The notes: generated by a model from the letters alone, not told the origin. 64,000 bases of DNA from Porphyridium purpureum (GCA_008690995.1 VRMN01000006.1:806001-870000), one strand, 5' to 3'; numbered from the stretch's first letter, positions 10,754-21,180 are shown. Made by a program: numbers and translations.

Positions 10754-12982
10754 ATGCAGGGCACCGGCGCGTGTCCGGAAGAGCTGCGTGAGGGAATGCA
10801 GCCGCAGGAGCTAGGATGGAGTGCGAGCGTGAACCGGATGGAGTGGATGTGCGCGCTCGTCGCGTACCTGGAACGCATTGGCGAGCGCGATGCGGCGCAT
10901 CGTGTGCGCGTCAATGTGAGCATTCGTGGGAAGCGCGCGGGGTTCGAGATTCAGGATGTGCTGCCGGAGCTGTTTGTGGTCGTCGTCATGCAAATGGGCG
11001 GTTACGATTCGATTTGCCGCGCGTACTATACATGCGACGGAAGGGCCAATGAACAGGCGCCAGACAACAAGGACCCGCACAGACTGTGGCGCGTCGTGCG
11101 CGACGCGCTACCAGTTGCAGTAAATGCAGCATGTACCACGGCATGCATCGAGTCGCTTTATGAGACATACTTGCTGGCGTACGAGCGCGAGCATCTTGCC
11201 CTCGCGCGCGGAATCGGCGCGCATGTTTCCGCGGCGGCTGTGCATCCGCGTGAGCTGCCAGGGCACCAAATATGTGTCCGGCTCGTATCACAGCCACAGC
11301 AGCAGCGACCGCACATGCAGATGCAGATGCAGGCACAGACACAAGGACATCCGCACGGTGGCAGTCGGCCGAGTGTCAAGTGGCAGTGGGGCACGGTGCT
11401 GGCAAGCAGCAACGGCTCCGTAACACACGACATCCTGCTTGATTGCGGTGATCTCGTGAACCTTTGCCTGGCGTTTGTGGAAACGCGGCTGGGTGCTCGC
11501 GTGCGCGACACTCGAAGAGATGGTGCCGACGCTCTCGTCTTGGTTTCCCCGCTGCCCGTCGTTCCTTACTTATTGCCGCCGATACCGCCCCCGCAACGCA
11601 TGCAGCTGTCTGAGCTCGCGTTCATGCGCGACGAAACAGGGCGCAAGCGCGCGAGGTCGGAGATCACCTTGGCGGGGCTCGTTGCCTTTCGCCGTGCGGC
11701 GGCTTTGGACCAGAACTCGCCGGCGGCGGGCGAGCCGGCGACGCTCAAGCCGGAATGGTTTTCGTGGACGATGCCAATGGGTCGCTCGGTGCATGCAGGC
11801 GCCTCGGCTGACACCTCTCAGGCGGGCGACAAGTCGACGCTCCCACGCGGGCAGATCGCGCACGATCGGTTTGCATCCGTCGGCGAAGAGCTTGGGAAAG
11901 GTGGGGCCGGGCTCTCGCACACCCGCTCCGCGTCGCCGAATGGGCATGGGCGGAAAGAGAAGGAGACCGTGCTTCGCCTCATCAGTCGCGCCGAAGTGCG
12001 AGCGCGCGAGCGCCAGAGCTCGTTCCGGGCGAACACGGTGCGCTGCGCATGTGGGCTGCCGGACCGGACCGAGTCGCTCCTGGAATGCCGCTGGTGCACG
12101 AGCTTATGCCACCGCTTTTGCTGCCAAGTACCCAAGCCGGATCCGAGCGCGCGAATCAGCTCTACGGGCGAGGCAACCAGTGAGCCCGAACCGTTCGAAT
12201 GCTTTGTCTGCGCGCCGGACCTCGCGGTTCCGGGCTCGCTGGCGGCGCGTGTTGCCGAAGCGGCCTCCCAAGCGCGCAGGCGCCCGGAGTGGCGATTTAT
12301 CAAGCGCGCGATCGAAATGTCAGCCGACGCGGATGAAGCATTCGACGCCCGGCGCTTCGACTCGGACGAGGCCTGGGACGGAGCGGCGTCGCCCGGGCGC
12401 GAGCGCGCGAATGGCAGACAAGTGCAGGCCAAGGGCAAGCGGGGTAGCGGGCGCAAGGGGATGGGTGGCTATCGAGGCAGGGATGCAGCGGACGAATCGG
12501 GTGACTTTCGTGTGCTGGGTGACGCGAGCGCGGCCCGCGCAGCCAACGGGGCAGGCGGCTTGCAACCGGCAGGCAAGGGGCGCAAGGAGACCGCAGAGGA
12601 GCGCCAGTTCCTGGCCGCGTGGCGAGCGTTCTGGCGGGCGCGCGGGCGCGACTACACGGTGCTGCCTACCTTCCGCGGGCCGCCGCTGGACCTGTACATC
12701 ATGTACACGGCGGTGCGGGACCTCGGTGGCATGGAAATTGTGCGCCGCGAAAAGCTGTTCAAGAAGGTGTGGCTGCGCATGCGGAACTACTACCCTGCCG
12801 CGACTGACTTTTCGTTCAAGCTGAAGCAAATGTACGCGGTGCTCCTGCAACCGTACGTCGACGAAGGCCCGCCAGACGACCAGGTGTTCGGCACCACGTC
12901 CTCGCCCACGCCCACCTCGTCACCTTTACACCACGGCCTCCACATCGACAGTGTATCTCCACCCCACCTGTCTACCAATTAA
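10754..12982 (+). CDS. Chromatin protein with ARID, Tudor-like, PHD finger and second ARID domains
   Basis: Two ARID-like segments (MGGYDSI...LYETYLLAYE; LDLYIMYTAVRDLGG...LKQMYAVLLQPY) and a PHD pattern CACG...CRWC...HRFC...CFVC. Confidence 0.8.
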   Translation: MQGTGACPEELREGMQPQELGWSASVNRMEWMCALVAYLERIGERDAAHRVRVNVSIRGKRAGFEIQDVLPELFVVVVMQMGGYDSICRAYYTCDGRANEQAPDNKDPHRLWRVVRDALPVAVNAACTTACIESLYETYLLAYEREHLALARGIGAHVSAAAVHPRELPGHQICVRLVSQPQQQRPHMQMQMQAQTQGHPHGGSRPSVKWQWGTVLASSNGSVTHDILLDCGDLVNLCLAFVETRLGARVRDTRRDGADALVLVSPLPVVPYLLPPIPPPQRMQLSELAFMRDETGRKRARSEITLAGLVAFRRAAALDQNSPAAGEPATLKPEWFSWTMPMGRSVHAGASADTSQAGDKSTLPRGQIAHDRFASVGEELGKGGAGLSHTRSASPNGHGRKEKETVLRLISRAEVRARERQSSFRANTVRCACGLPDRTESLLECRWCTSLCHRFCCQVPKPDPSARISSTGEATSEPEPFECFVCAPDLAVPGSLAARVAEAASQARRRPEWRFIKRAIEMSADADEAFDARRFDSDEAWDGAASPGRERANGRQVQAKGKRGSGRKGMGGYRGRDAADESGDFRVLGDASAARAANGAGGLQPAGKGRKETAEERQFLAAWRAFWRARGRDYTVLPTFRGPPLDLYIMYTAVRDLGGMEIVRREKLFKKVWLRMRNYYPAATDFSFKLKQMYAVLLQPYVDEGPPDDQVFGTTSSPTPTSSPLHHGLHIDSVSPPHLSTN

Positions 12983-14248
12983 CCGCCGCTCAACTCGCAG
13001 AATTCTCATTTCCCACGAAGCTCCGCTCCCGCTGCTCGAATCAACCGTTTCTCCGCTAGTAACCACTGTACCTCCACCCCCACAATTCTGTCTCTACTAA
13101 AACAAACGTGAAAAATCACACACCCGCTTTCTGCGCGCGCCGGCTTCCACCCACACGTGGGAGAAACTGTTCCCACGCTGCTGCTGTTGCTGCGGCTGCG
13201 GCTGCGGCTCATTGCCGCCCCGCTTTGCGCGGCTTGTGGCGTGGATCATTTCGCGGACGTGGCATAACTCCTGCACCGCTCGCCATACACAAACCCGCCC
13301 CATTCCAACGCAGCGCGGAAGCACGTGGAAACCCCCCTCATCGTGTGTGTGTGTGGCTGTCCCATCGCCCACACACACACAGAGTCAGCCCGAGTCGGCC
13401 ACATCAGCCTGCATCAGCTTGCACGTCCATCGCAGCAGCAGCAGCACGGGAAGGGCGCGGCACAGGCATGGATGTAGTCACGCATGCACGCAGCATGCAC
13501 CGTGCAGCAACAGGTCGCCAACTCATGCGGAAACAACACGAGCCAAAGCCAACACACACAGAGAGACATCCAACCGGCCGAATTCTTTATAGAACACCAC
13601 CGCTTGCGCGCGCCTTGCTTGTGTCTTCCAGTGCGGGTTCAAGCCTTGTGGCGGTTTTTTGTTAGGCTAAGCGGTTAGTCGCGTATCGGTTGAACTGGTT
13701 TAAGCGGCGTCAACGCGGCGAGTTGTGGGGGAGAGAAGAAAGAGAAGAAAGAGAAGCAAGAGAAGAGAAGAGAAGAGAGAGAGTGGAGAGAAGAGGAAGA
13801 GGGCCGGTAGTGGTGGTGGTTGAGGGATGGGAGAGGCGCGACGTCAAATGCAGCTCTGACAGCATAAGAAGAAGGTATTCGCGGCGGCGGGGGGTTTAGC
13901 GGCGTGTGGGTCGTGGTGAAAGCGCGGAGCGTGGCGTGCGTGGATGCTAGCATAGGCGAGGTGAGAGGCGAAGGCTCGGGACAAGGTGGAAAAGGCTGCA
14001 GGGAGGTGGACGTGGTGGTGTGGTGAGGAATTGGGAGTGTGCGGTGCGTGAGAGAAGAGGCGAACGGCGCGTTGAGAGTGGAGGGGGAGGGAAACGCGGA
14101 GAGGAAAATGGACCGCGAGGCGTCGGGGTGTTTATAGAATTGGGGGCAGAGCGTGCGTGTGGTAGGCGAGAAGCGGGTCTTTCTGTGCGGTGGGTGACAC
14201 GCGTGCAGGGGGAGGTGAAGAGGCGCGGTTCGCGCCGGGGCGTCTGCA

Positions 14249-17200
14249 ATGGGGCAGGTTTTGACTCGCGAGGCCGGCGCCATGGGCGCGCACGAATCTC
14301 GCGCGCTGTTTGCGTCGCTCAAGCGCGAAAACACGCACGTGCTCACGCTTCGCGACCTGGTGAACGCGGCGCCGGAACTCACGCTGCCGCACTCGGTGCC
14401 GGCGCTCTACTTTCTCGACAGTGATGCCGATGGCGCGTACTCGGTCGACGAGTTTATCCGCCTCGTTCAGTACGTGCAAGAAGAAAGGCGCATGGTTCGC
14501 GCAAGCATTGACACCGACGCAGACTTTCGCGCTCTTATTCACCGCGCATCCGAGGCGGGCGTTGTCGACACCACCACAGAGTGTCGGAACAACTTTCGGC
14601 GCGTTTTGAAGATGCGCAACGTCCGGTACTTGTACCGCTTCTTGACCGAGCCGACCGAGCCCAAGAGCGAGCCCGGCTCCGACGACTGGCAGCGCGGCGG
14701 CGATGATGATTGTGACTCACTGGACGTGGAGTGCGAGCTCCACGGAGGGTTCTCCTGGGGCTCGGCCGTGACTGCGGGTGGGTGTGGCTGCGGATGCAGC
14801 GACAAGTCGTCATTCCAAAGCCATGAACCGTCACTGCAACGTGGACACACGCGGCACGCCGCCCAGGAGCAGGTCGAGCACCCACCGGGCGCTGTCGACG
14901 CCGCAGTGATGGAAAGAGTTTCCTTGTCGAACATCCACACTCTCGCGCAGGCATTACGCAAGGACGGCACGCGTGAAAACTTCATGTCGTGGATGTGGAA
15001 GCTTGCGACGATGGACGAGCTTGCGACAGAGCTGTCGCTCGACAATCTCGCTTGCTTCTTGCACGTCGTCAGCGAAGACGGCATTGATTTGGAGGAGCTT
15101 GTGTTTGACACAAACAAGAACGAGCCGCTCGAAGTGCGCGCCATGAAAGAGTTCACTTCAAATGGCGACGCGATTACCATGTCACGTGAAGACTTCATGC
15201 TTCTCGCCGACCTCATTACACGCGAGTACGAATTTTGGGAGAGCCGGCACATGGATTGCGTCGGACCGTACGAACTCGGGCGTGTGCTGGGCATGGGCAG
15301 CTCGGGCGTAGTGCGTGCGGCGATCCATGTCGACACGCACGAACGATTTGCCATCAAAATCATTAAGCAGGGAAAGTGCAGCGAGATGTCGCGTCTGGAT
15401 CGCGAGATGGAGGCGCTGCAGTCTGTATCGAACCACCCGAACGTCGTACGACTGCACGAGGTCATTCAGTCACAGGGTAAGCTGTTCCTTGTAATGGAGC
15501 TGTGTGGCGGCGGCAGCCTCGTCGACTTGGTGCGGCTTTACCCGGACGAGCGCCTCCCAGAGGACGTCGCGCGCTACTTTGTCCGTCAGCTTTTTGAAAC
15601 GCTTGCGTTTATCCACAGCAAGGGCGTTTGCCACCGGGACGTCCGTCTAGAGAACGTTCTGCTCGCCAACGACGGATCTCTGCGGCTGGCGGATTTTGGG
15701 CACTCGGGTCTGTTCGCGCCCGGCTGGGACATGTTCCAGACGGCGCTGGTGGGCTCGATGTACAGCCTATCGCCAGAGCAAATACAAGGCGTGTGCTACT
15801 CGGGCCAGAAGCTCGACGTCTGGAGCGCGGGTATCACCTTGTACATGATGCTCGTGGGTGCGCCTCCATTTTACAACCAGAACCATGCGCGCCTGATGGA
15901 GGCCATTGTCGAGGGCGTTTACGAAATCCCCGGCTTTGTATCGGACGAGGCATTTGACCTCGTGCAGCTTTTGATCCGGGTCGACGCGGCAGAGCGCGTC
16001 CCTTTCGAGGACTTGCTAACGCACCCGTGGTTTGACGGCCCGGAGACATCCCCCATTATGGACGTCGTCAAGATTCCGATCGACGAAGTTTTCCGCACCC
16101 GACCGGATTTAGCGGAAATGGTCATTGCGAGCACCATCCACGACCATAACATTCATTTTCACATGGGAAACAGTTCCAGTGCGCGGCGAGTAAGTCCGCA
16201 GCAGAGCAGTCAAACCCAGGCAGCGGCGAATCATCAAAGGTGTCCAGCCAGTGAGGACAGATCCGCGCAATACGCCGAGTGGGATCTGAAATGCACATGT
16301 CCCATCATGGACATGAAGTTTAGCATCCGCTTATTCACGGATTACCCGGTGGATGAAAAGTTGGTGAACGCCGAGCAGGACGAGGTCGCCGAGGCGCGCA
16401 TTGGTGACACTCGCGAAGCGCTGCTTGTGGATTCAGTTGTGATCGACTCGAGGGCTCTTACGCAGCCGCAGACGCCGCGAAGCGTACGGGGAAAGAGCCT
16501 CGCGCAAACGCCCATGCTATGCAGTCCAAATGTCAAGCGGATTGTCCGCTCGCCCGTTTCATCGACGTCTTGCGTTGGCAGCGAGAGCAGGATAGCGTCG
16601 CGATGCATCCCATTTGATTGCCCATCCCTTAGTCTAGAAGATGCGGCGTGGTTGGCTCGAGACGGTGCCCAGCAATGGAGCTCGAACAGCTTCCTGCTTA
16701 CTCGAGCAGACTCGATCCCAGATGAATTTGTGCTGGGCCCGAGCTCGTGTGTAGCGGTCGCGGGAGGGTGCCCTGATGTCCGTACCGAGATCAACGGCGC
16801 AGATGACATTGGATGGAGTGACCCAGAAGATGAGCACGATGCTCGAGATATGGCACTGCAAGCCAGCGTTCATGCAGGTGAGTTGGGCAAGCGCTTTATT
16901 GAGCGCGCAGTCGGAGATTATCCCCACAAGATGCGCCCCATTTCATCCCCAGCCAAGATCCTGGGAAAGGTGGGTTCGCTGCCTGCCATCGATGACGTGC
17001 GGACTGTGCAAGACCGTTTTGATTGCCAGCAAGATGGCCAGGTGTTCGAGAAGGGTCCGCAGTTGGAGGTGCGTTTACACGAAGGAGAAAGTGCCCTGTT
17101 CGTCAAGGTGTGCAAGAAGCTCAAAGAAATCAGCATGAACAATCTTGCCCAAGCTGCGGAAAGGCAAAAACGGATGATACAGAAAAACTCGGGTTCAGGG

Positions 17201-17344
17201 GGCGTTTCAATGAAGCGTATTTGCAGTGAAGGGTTTTTCTTGCAGCAAGGTGTCGTTTCACGGGAAAATAGTGCTTCGTGCGTGAGGATACACTCACGCA
17301 ACTCTCCCGTGATCGGCGTGCCGGAACTGCTGCTGAGTGAGTAG
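14249..17344 (+). CDS. EF-hand-containing SNF1/CIPK-like Ser/Thr kinase
   Basis: 1031 aa. EF loop DSDADGAYSVDEF; kinase motifs YELGRVLGMGSSGVV, FAIK, HRDVRLEN, DFG, YSGQKLDVWSAG. Confidence 0.88.
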   Translation: MGQVLTREAGAMGAHESRALFASLKRENTHVLTLRDLVNAAPELTLPHSVPALYFLDSDADGAYSVDEFIRLVQYVQEERRMVRASIDTDADFRALIHRASEAGVVDTTTECRNNFRRVLKMRNVRYLYRFLTEPTEPKSEPGSDDWQRGGDDDCDSLDVECELHGGFSWGSAVTAGGCGCGCSDKSSFQSHEPSLQRGHTRHAAQEQVEHPPGAVDAAVMERVSLSNIHTLAQALRKDGTRENFMSWMWKLATMDELATELSLDNLACFLHVVSEDGIDLEELVFDTNKNEPLEVRAMKEFTSNGDAITMSREDFMLLADLITREYEFWESRHMDCVGPYELGRVLGMGSSGVVRAAIHVDTHERFAIKIIKQGKCSEMSRLDREMEALQSVSNHPNVVRLHEVIQSQGKLFLVMELCGGGSLVDLVRLYPDERLPEDVARYFVRQLFETLAFIHSKGVCHRDVRLENVLLANDGSLRLADFGHSGLFAPGWDMFQTALVGSMYSLSPEQIQGVCYSGQKLDVWSAGITLYMMLVGAPPFYNQNHARLMEAIVEGVYEIPGFVSDEAFDLVQLLIRVDAAERVPFEDLLTHPWFDGPETSPIMDVVKIPIDEVFRTRPDLAEMVIASTIHDHNIHFHMGNSSSARRVSPQQSSQTQAAANHQRCPASEDRSAQYAEWDLKCTCPIMDMKFSIRLFTDYPVDEKLVNAEQDEVAEARIGDTREALLVDSVVIDSRALTQPQTPRSVRGKSLAQTPMLCSPNVKRIVRSPVSSTSCVGSESRIASRCIPFDCPSLSLEDAAWLARDGAQQWSSNSFLLTRADSIPDEFVLGPSSCVAVAGGCPDVRTEINGADDIGWSDPEDEHDARDMALQASVHAGELGKRFIERAVGDYPHKMRPISSPAKILGKVGSLPAIDDVRTVQDRFDCQQDGQVFEKGPQLEVRLHEGESALFVKVCKKLKEISMNNLAQAAERQKRMIQKNSGSGGVSMKRICSEGFFLQQGVVSRENSASCVRIHSRNSPVIGVPELLLSE

Positions 17345-17556
17345 CCGGTGCGCTGCGAGCGCCGAGATCCTCGGCGGTCTGATCGTGCCTCCTTCGGTAA
17401 AGCGGAGATGCGACGACATGGTTTGGGACTGAGTTTGGCAGGGTTGTAAGTATAGGAGTTGGGAATTGAAATAAACTCATGGGTGTACTGCAAGGGCCAA
17501 CGCAGGACCTTGTACCAAGTCGGCACCGTGCTTCCCGCTGGACAGGAGCAAAAGAC

Positions 17557-19293
17557 TTATTTAACTTTGGGCTTCTTCTTCTGCGGCTGCACGTCTGAGA
17601 GCGTTTTCTGCTGCTTCCTCGCATGCGCAGTGCTCTGCTTTGAGACTTCGTCTAAATGCGGAGGCAGCCCAACTTCACGAACCAGCTTGTCAATCTTGTT
17701 GACGTACAGCTCCATTTTGAATTTGCGGTGCAGCCCTTGCTTATTCATGTACCTGACTTTGCCAAAGATCGCACGCTCGGCCCAGCCCTGGTCGTGCTTT
17801 CCAAAGCTCCAAGCCACACCCGCGTATCCATTCGGATCGCGTCCGTCCAGCTCCCACCGATTGTTGAGCAAGAGACACCGTTCGTACGCCTCCTCGGGCG
17901 ACGACGTCCATTCAATGATTTTCTTGGCCCAATACATCCGCATGTAGCCATGCATCTTACCCCGCACAACCATCTCGCGCTGGCACGCATTCCAGCACTC
18001 GTCGTAAGTCACGCCTGCTTCCAGCTCCTGCAAGGTGTACGTGGGCTCCCGTTCGTCGTGCCGATGTTCGTCGAGCGTGATCCGCGCGTAGTTCGGGATG
18101 CACGCGTACGCGTCGTAGTGCGGATTGTAAAATACCAAATTCATCGACAGCTCGCGGCGCACCACGAGCTCCTCGATGAAAGAATCGACGCCCTCTTTGC
18201 TGGCGCTTGTTTTGTGCTTGAGTGCCTCCATCACAAGGTGCACCACGGAGATGCCGCCGTAATGCAAATAGGGACTCATGTTGCTGCCAAAGTCCTGCGC
18301 CGGCTCATTCCGGTTCGCAGCAAAATCCTTCAACTTGTGTTTCAGAAAGTCGGCGAGCATGGCTTCGGCGTGCGTCGCGCCGCCCGTGATCCATGTCACG
18401 CGAGGCACAGAGCGGTCGACGTCAAGTTTCGCAAGCACCGCAAGAGGATCGCGCCAGTCCAGCAGCTCGAATTCCTTTAAAGTCGCGAGCGTTGACGCCA
18501 GCATGCCTGCCTTCCCGGTCGTGTTTTTGGGCGTGACGCGTTCTAACGGATGAAGAAATTTCGGCATGTACTTGTGGATCTTCGGGCGGATGGTACGCGC
18601 AGCAGTCTCTTCCTTGTCGCTTACGAGCTGGACAGGCACCACCACATCGCCCTCGATCTGCACCATCCGGCAGTCAATTTCTGTCGCCACTTGCGAGCGC
18701 CACTCCCGCAGCAGACGGAGATACCCCCGGTCTGTGACCACACTCACGGCGTCGGCGGCCAGTGCCTTGACTACCGTGGTCGGAACTTGGTGCACCAGCA
18801 CGAATTCGATGCCGCGCTCCTCCAACTGCTTGCCCGCGTCGCTAATGCACTCGAGCAGGAACGCGAAATGCCGCTCACTAGCCTCCGGATACTTTTCGAA
18901 CAAACCAAAGACCACGAGCACAGGCACGTCGGCGTCATTCGCTCGCTCCACCGCATACTCGAGCGCTGGATTTCTCAACGCGCGCACCGATGCTTGCATC
19001 CAATACAGCACATACTTGCCGCGCTCCCGCACGGGCGCCGCGTTCAGCTTGCTGATGCGCTCCTTCTCCACGACGCTCCGCTCCATCTCTCCTTCTTCGG
19101 CACCACCGCGACTGCTCGTGCAGCCAACTATCCCGTGCACGCGTTGCACGCCAAATGGGCCACGCCGTCTTGGATCTGCGCCGCAGAGCCTCGTGCTCGA
19201 ACAATTTGCGCGCCGTGCCCGCGTTTCCCAGCTGTGCCTCCCCGCAAACGACCCCGGAGCGCGCGCGAACAACAACATGGGCGACAATCTCAT
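17557..19293 (-). CDS. PHR: Class II CPD photolyase
   Basis: VLYWM...NPALEYA, SPYLHYG, FIEELVVRRELS, GKMHGYMRMYWAKK, DGRDPNGYAG, IFGKVRYMN. Start ATG inferred. Confidence 0.95.
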   Translation of the reverse strand: MRLSPMLLFARAPGSFAGRHSWETRARRANCSSTRLCGADPRRRGPFGVQRVHGIVGCTSSRGGAEEGEMERSVVEKERISKLNAAPVRERGKYVLYWMQASVRALRNPALEYAVERANDADVPVLVVFGLFEKYPEASERHFAFLLECISDAGKQLEERGIEFVLVHQVPTTVVKALAADAVSVVTDRGYLRLLREWRSQVATEIDCRMVQIEGDVVVPVQLVSDKEETAARTIRPKIHKYMPKFLHPLERVTPKNTTGKAGMLASTLATLKEFELLDWRDPLAVLAKLDVDRSVPRVTWITGGATHAEAMLADFLKHKLKDFAANRNEPAQDFGSNMSPYLHYGGISVVHLVMEALKHKTSASKEGVDSFIEELVVRRELSMNLVFYNPHYDAYACIPNYARITLDEHRHDEREPTYTLQELEAGVTYDECWNACQREMVVRGKMHGYMRMYWAKKIIEWTSSPEEAYERCLLLNNRWELDGRDPNGYAGVAWSFGKHDQGWAERAIFGKVRYMNKQGLHRKFKMELYVNKIDKLVREVGLPPHLDEVSKQSTAHARKQQKTLSDVQPQKKKPKVK

Positions 19294-19489
19294 GCCGAGC
19301 GCTGCCTCGCGCTGTCGTTCAATCTCCGAGTAGCGAAGCCTTGACACAGAGACGTGCACACGCACGCGCACGTTCTCTTGGCTGGTTTTATCTTCATGTG
19401 GAGGAACGGGCCTCGAGCTGGCTAGGGGTGCTCGCATGACGGCCGATGCGAGTGTGCCTGTGTGGAGATGTGCGTTGGTGAATGCACTG

Positions 19490-20863
19490 CTATTCTTTCT
19501 TGGCCGGAGCCAAGTCATCGGGCCAGCCCCACGCCGCGCCGTCCGCACGACCCTGCGGCTGCGCGACGCCACCCGCGTCGGTAGGTTTTGACGGTCCAAA
19601 TCCCCAGTTATCCCAGCCATCCGCCGCGCCAGCGCCATTGCTGACCGAGCCCGCGCTCTGCTGGTACCCCCCACCCAGACTGGCCTGAGTCGGGTCCGTC
19701 TGGGTGCTCCCCATGTGGCCCATCCCAGAAGCGTTGGCTGAGCCATAACCGCCCATGCGCTCGTTGCCGGACGCCGACGGCGGCATCGAGTTGCTACCAA
19801 AGCCTGAAAACCGAGAACCAGAGTCGGTGTGTGTGGCGCCCAGGTTCTGCTGAATCGCCGACCGCAGCTCGTTGGCGCCCATCCCACTCGAAGTGCGCTG
19901 TGCCTGGGATCCATCGTACGCGGTAACTTGCTGCGACACAAAGGTAGACGCACTGGAAAACCAAGACGAGAGTTGCGACGCCGCTTGCGCGGCCGTCTTT
20001 GCCGCTGTATCCTGCAGCTGCCCTGACTCATACTGCTGGCGCAACGAACCTAACGATTCCTGGAGAAAATCAACGCCGTACCCAGAGTCTGGGTTGCGGG
20101 CGCTTCCGCGGTAACCAGAGCCTTGCGGTGTGCCCATTGCTCCTCCGCCGAAACCACTAGCACCACCATCGCCGCCGCCGCCGCCCTGCATGCGCTGATA
20201 GTCTGCGCTTGAAAACCCGCCCGCACGGGAGGCCGGAATCACCGCGGGCCCTCGCGCAGATGCATTCATCCCCGAATTCATTCCGTTTGAACCACGAGCG
20301 GACGCGACTGCTGAGCTGCCCATGCTTGTGGAGCCGAATCCGCCAATGCCCGAGGAGCCCCATCCCCAGTCTTCAGCGGATGACTTTGCCGGACCAGAGG
20401 GGCGCGATGCCGCGGTGTTGGACGCGGCCGACGACACGTACGGCACGGAGTTGTTCTGCGAGGTCCGCATGGCTGCTGCTGGGTCTGGTGGCTCGACATA
20501 GGGCTCGCCCGTGGCTTTTGACTTGAGCTTTGCGGCATAGACGGCCGCGGCCTTTGTGTTGTACTTTTGCTTGATATCCATTTGGTCGATTCCGTTCTCG
20601 CGCGCGTATGCGCGAAACGCGTCATTGCCGCCGGCCTTCATCCGCTCCACCTCCAAGTCCTTCCACTTGTCCATGCCCACGGACCGGACAAACGAGATGT
20701 GCGTGCCGAGCCCGCGGTGCTGTCCCGAGCAGTCCAGGCACATGAAGGTGCCGAAATTCACCGTGGCCCATTGCGGGTTCTTCGTGGCGCAATCCACGCA
20801 CACCTTGTTCTCGTCGCGCGCCTGCAGCGCCTTTAGCGTCGCCTGGTGCGCGCTACTATCCAT
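19490..20863 (-). CDS. ADP-ribosylation factor GTPase-activating protein (ArfGAP1-like)
   Basis: Zinc finger CVDC...NPQWA...CLDCSGQHRGLGTHISFVRSV, followed by a low-complexity G/S-rich tail. Confidence 0.95.
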   Translation of the reverse strand: MDSSAHQATLKALQARDENKVCVDCATKNPQWATVNFGTFMCLDCSGQHRGLGTHISFVRSVGMDKWKDLEVERMKAGGNDAFRAYARENGIDQMDIKQKYNTKAAAVYAAKLKSKATGEPYVEPPDPAAAMRTSQNNSVPYVSSAASNTAASRPSGPAKSSAEDWGWGSSGIGGFGSTSMGSSAVASARGSNGMNSGMNASARGPAVIPASRAGGFSSADYQRMQGGGGGDGGASGFGGGAMGTPQGSGYRGSARNPDSGYGVDFLQESLGSLRQQYESGQLQDTAAKTAAQAASQLSSWFSSASTFVSQQVTAYDGSQAQRTSSGMGANELRSAIQQNLGATHTDSGSRFSGFGSNSMPPSASGNERMGGYGSANASGMGHMGSTQTDPTQASLGGGYQQSAGSVSNGAGAADGWDNWGFGPSKPTDAGGVAQPQGRADGAAWGWPDDLAPAKKE

Positions 20864-20970
20864 CTCTCCACCTATCTCACCACACACCCAACCCACTCTC
20901 TCCCCTCTTCTCTCTTTCTCCCGACTTCGCTCTGCCGCACTTCTCCGCTTTTTGTGGCTCACCGTCAACC

Positions 20971-21180
20971 GTCATCTTTAAAAAATATTCCATCTTTAAA
21001 CCTAATATGTCATCTTTGAACCTAAACTATTTCATCTTTATGATTCACAAGTCCATGATGATGAAATATTTCATTCATAGATGACATTCTCAGCGATGTT
21101 TTCATCTTTCTATGTTAGAGATGAAAGATGTTGTTTTGAAGATGGTAAAATGGCATCTTTATAGATTGATGATGACATAT
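20971..21180. promoter_or_regulatory. AT-rich CATCTTT/AAAGATG motif island between divergent ArfGAP and WAPL-like genes
   Basis: CATCTTT at 20973, 20991, 21011, 21033, 21103 and 21154; AAAGATG at 21124. Abrupt drop in GC content. Regulatory role is inferred from position. Confidence 0.6.

Noticed and set aside
11475..12824. 449-aa alternative-frame ORF inside the ARID gene
   Set aside because: Arg/Ala/Gly-rich frame-shadow typical of GC-rich DNA.
19294..20031. Apparent 246-aa N-terminal extension of the photolyase ORF
   Set aside because: Non-ATG start, overlaps the ArfGAP CDS in another frame, and has an R/A-rich off-frame composition.
20971..21180. CRISPR-like or transposon interpretation of the spaced motif islands
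   Set aside because: The repeats are only about 7 bp with irregular short spacers; no cas or transposase genes and no terminal repeats; eukaryotic context.
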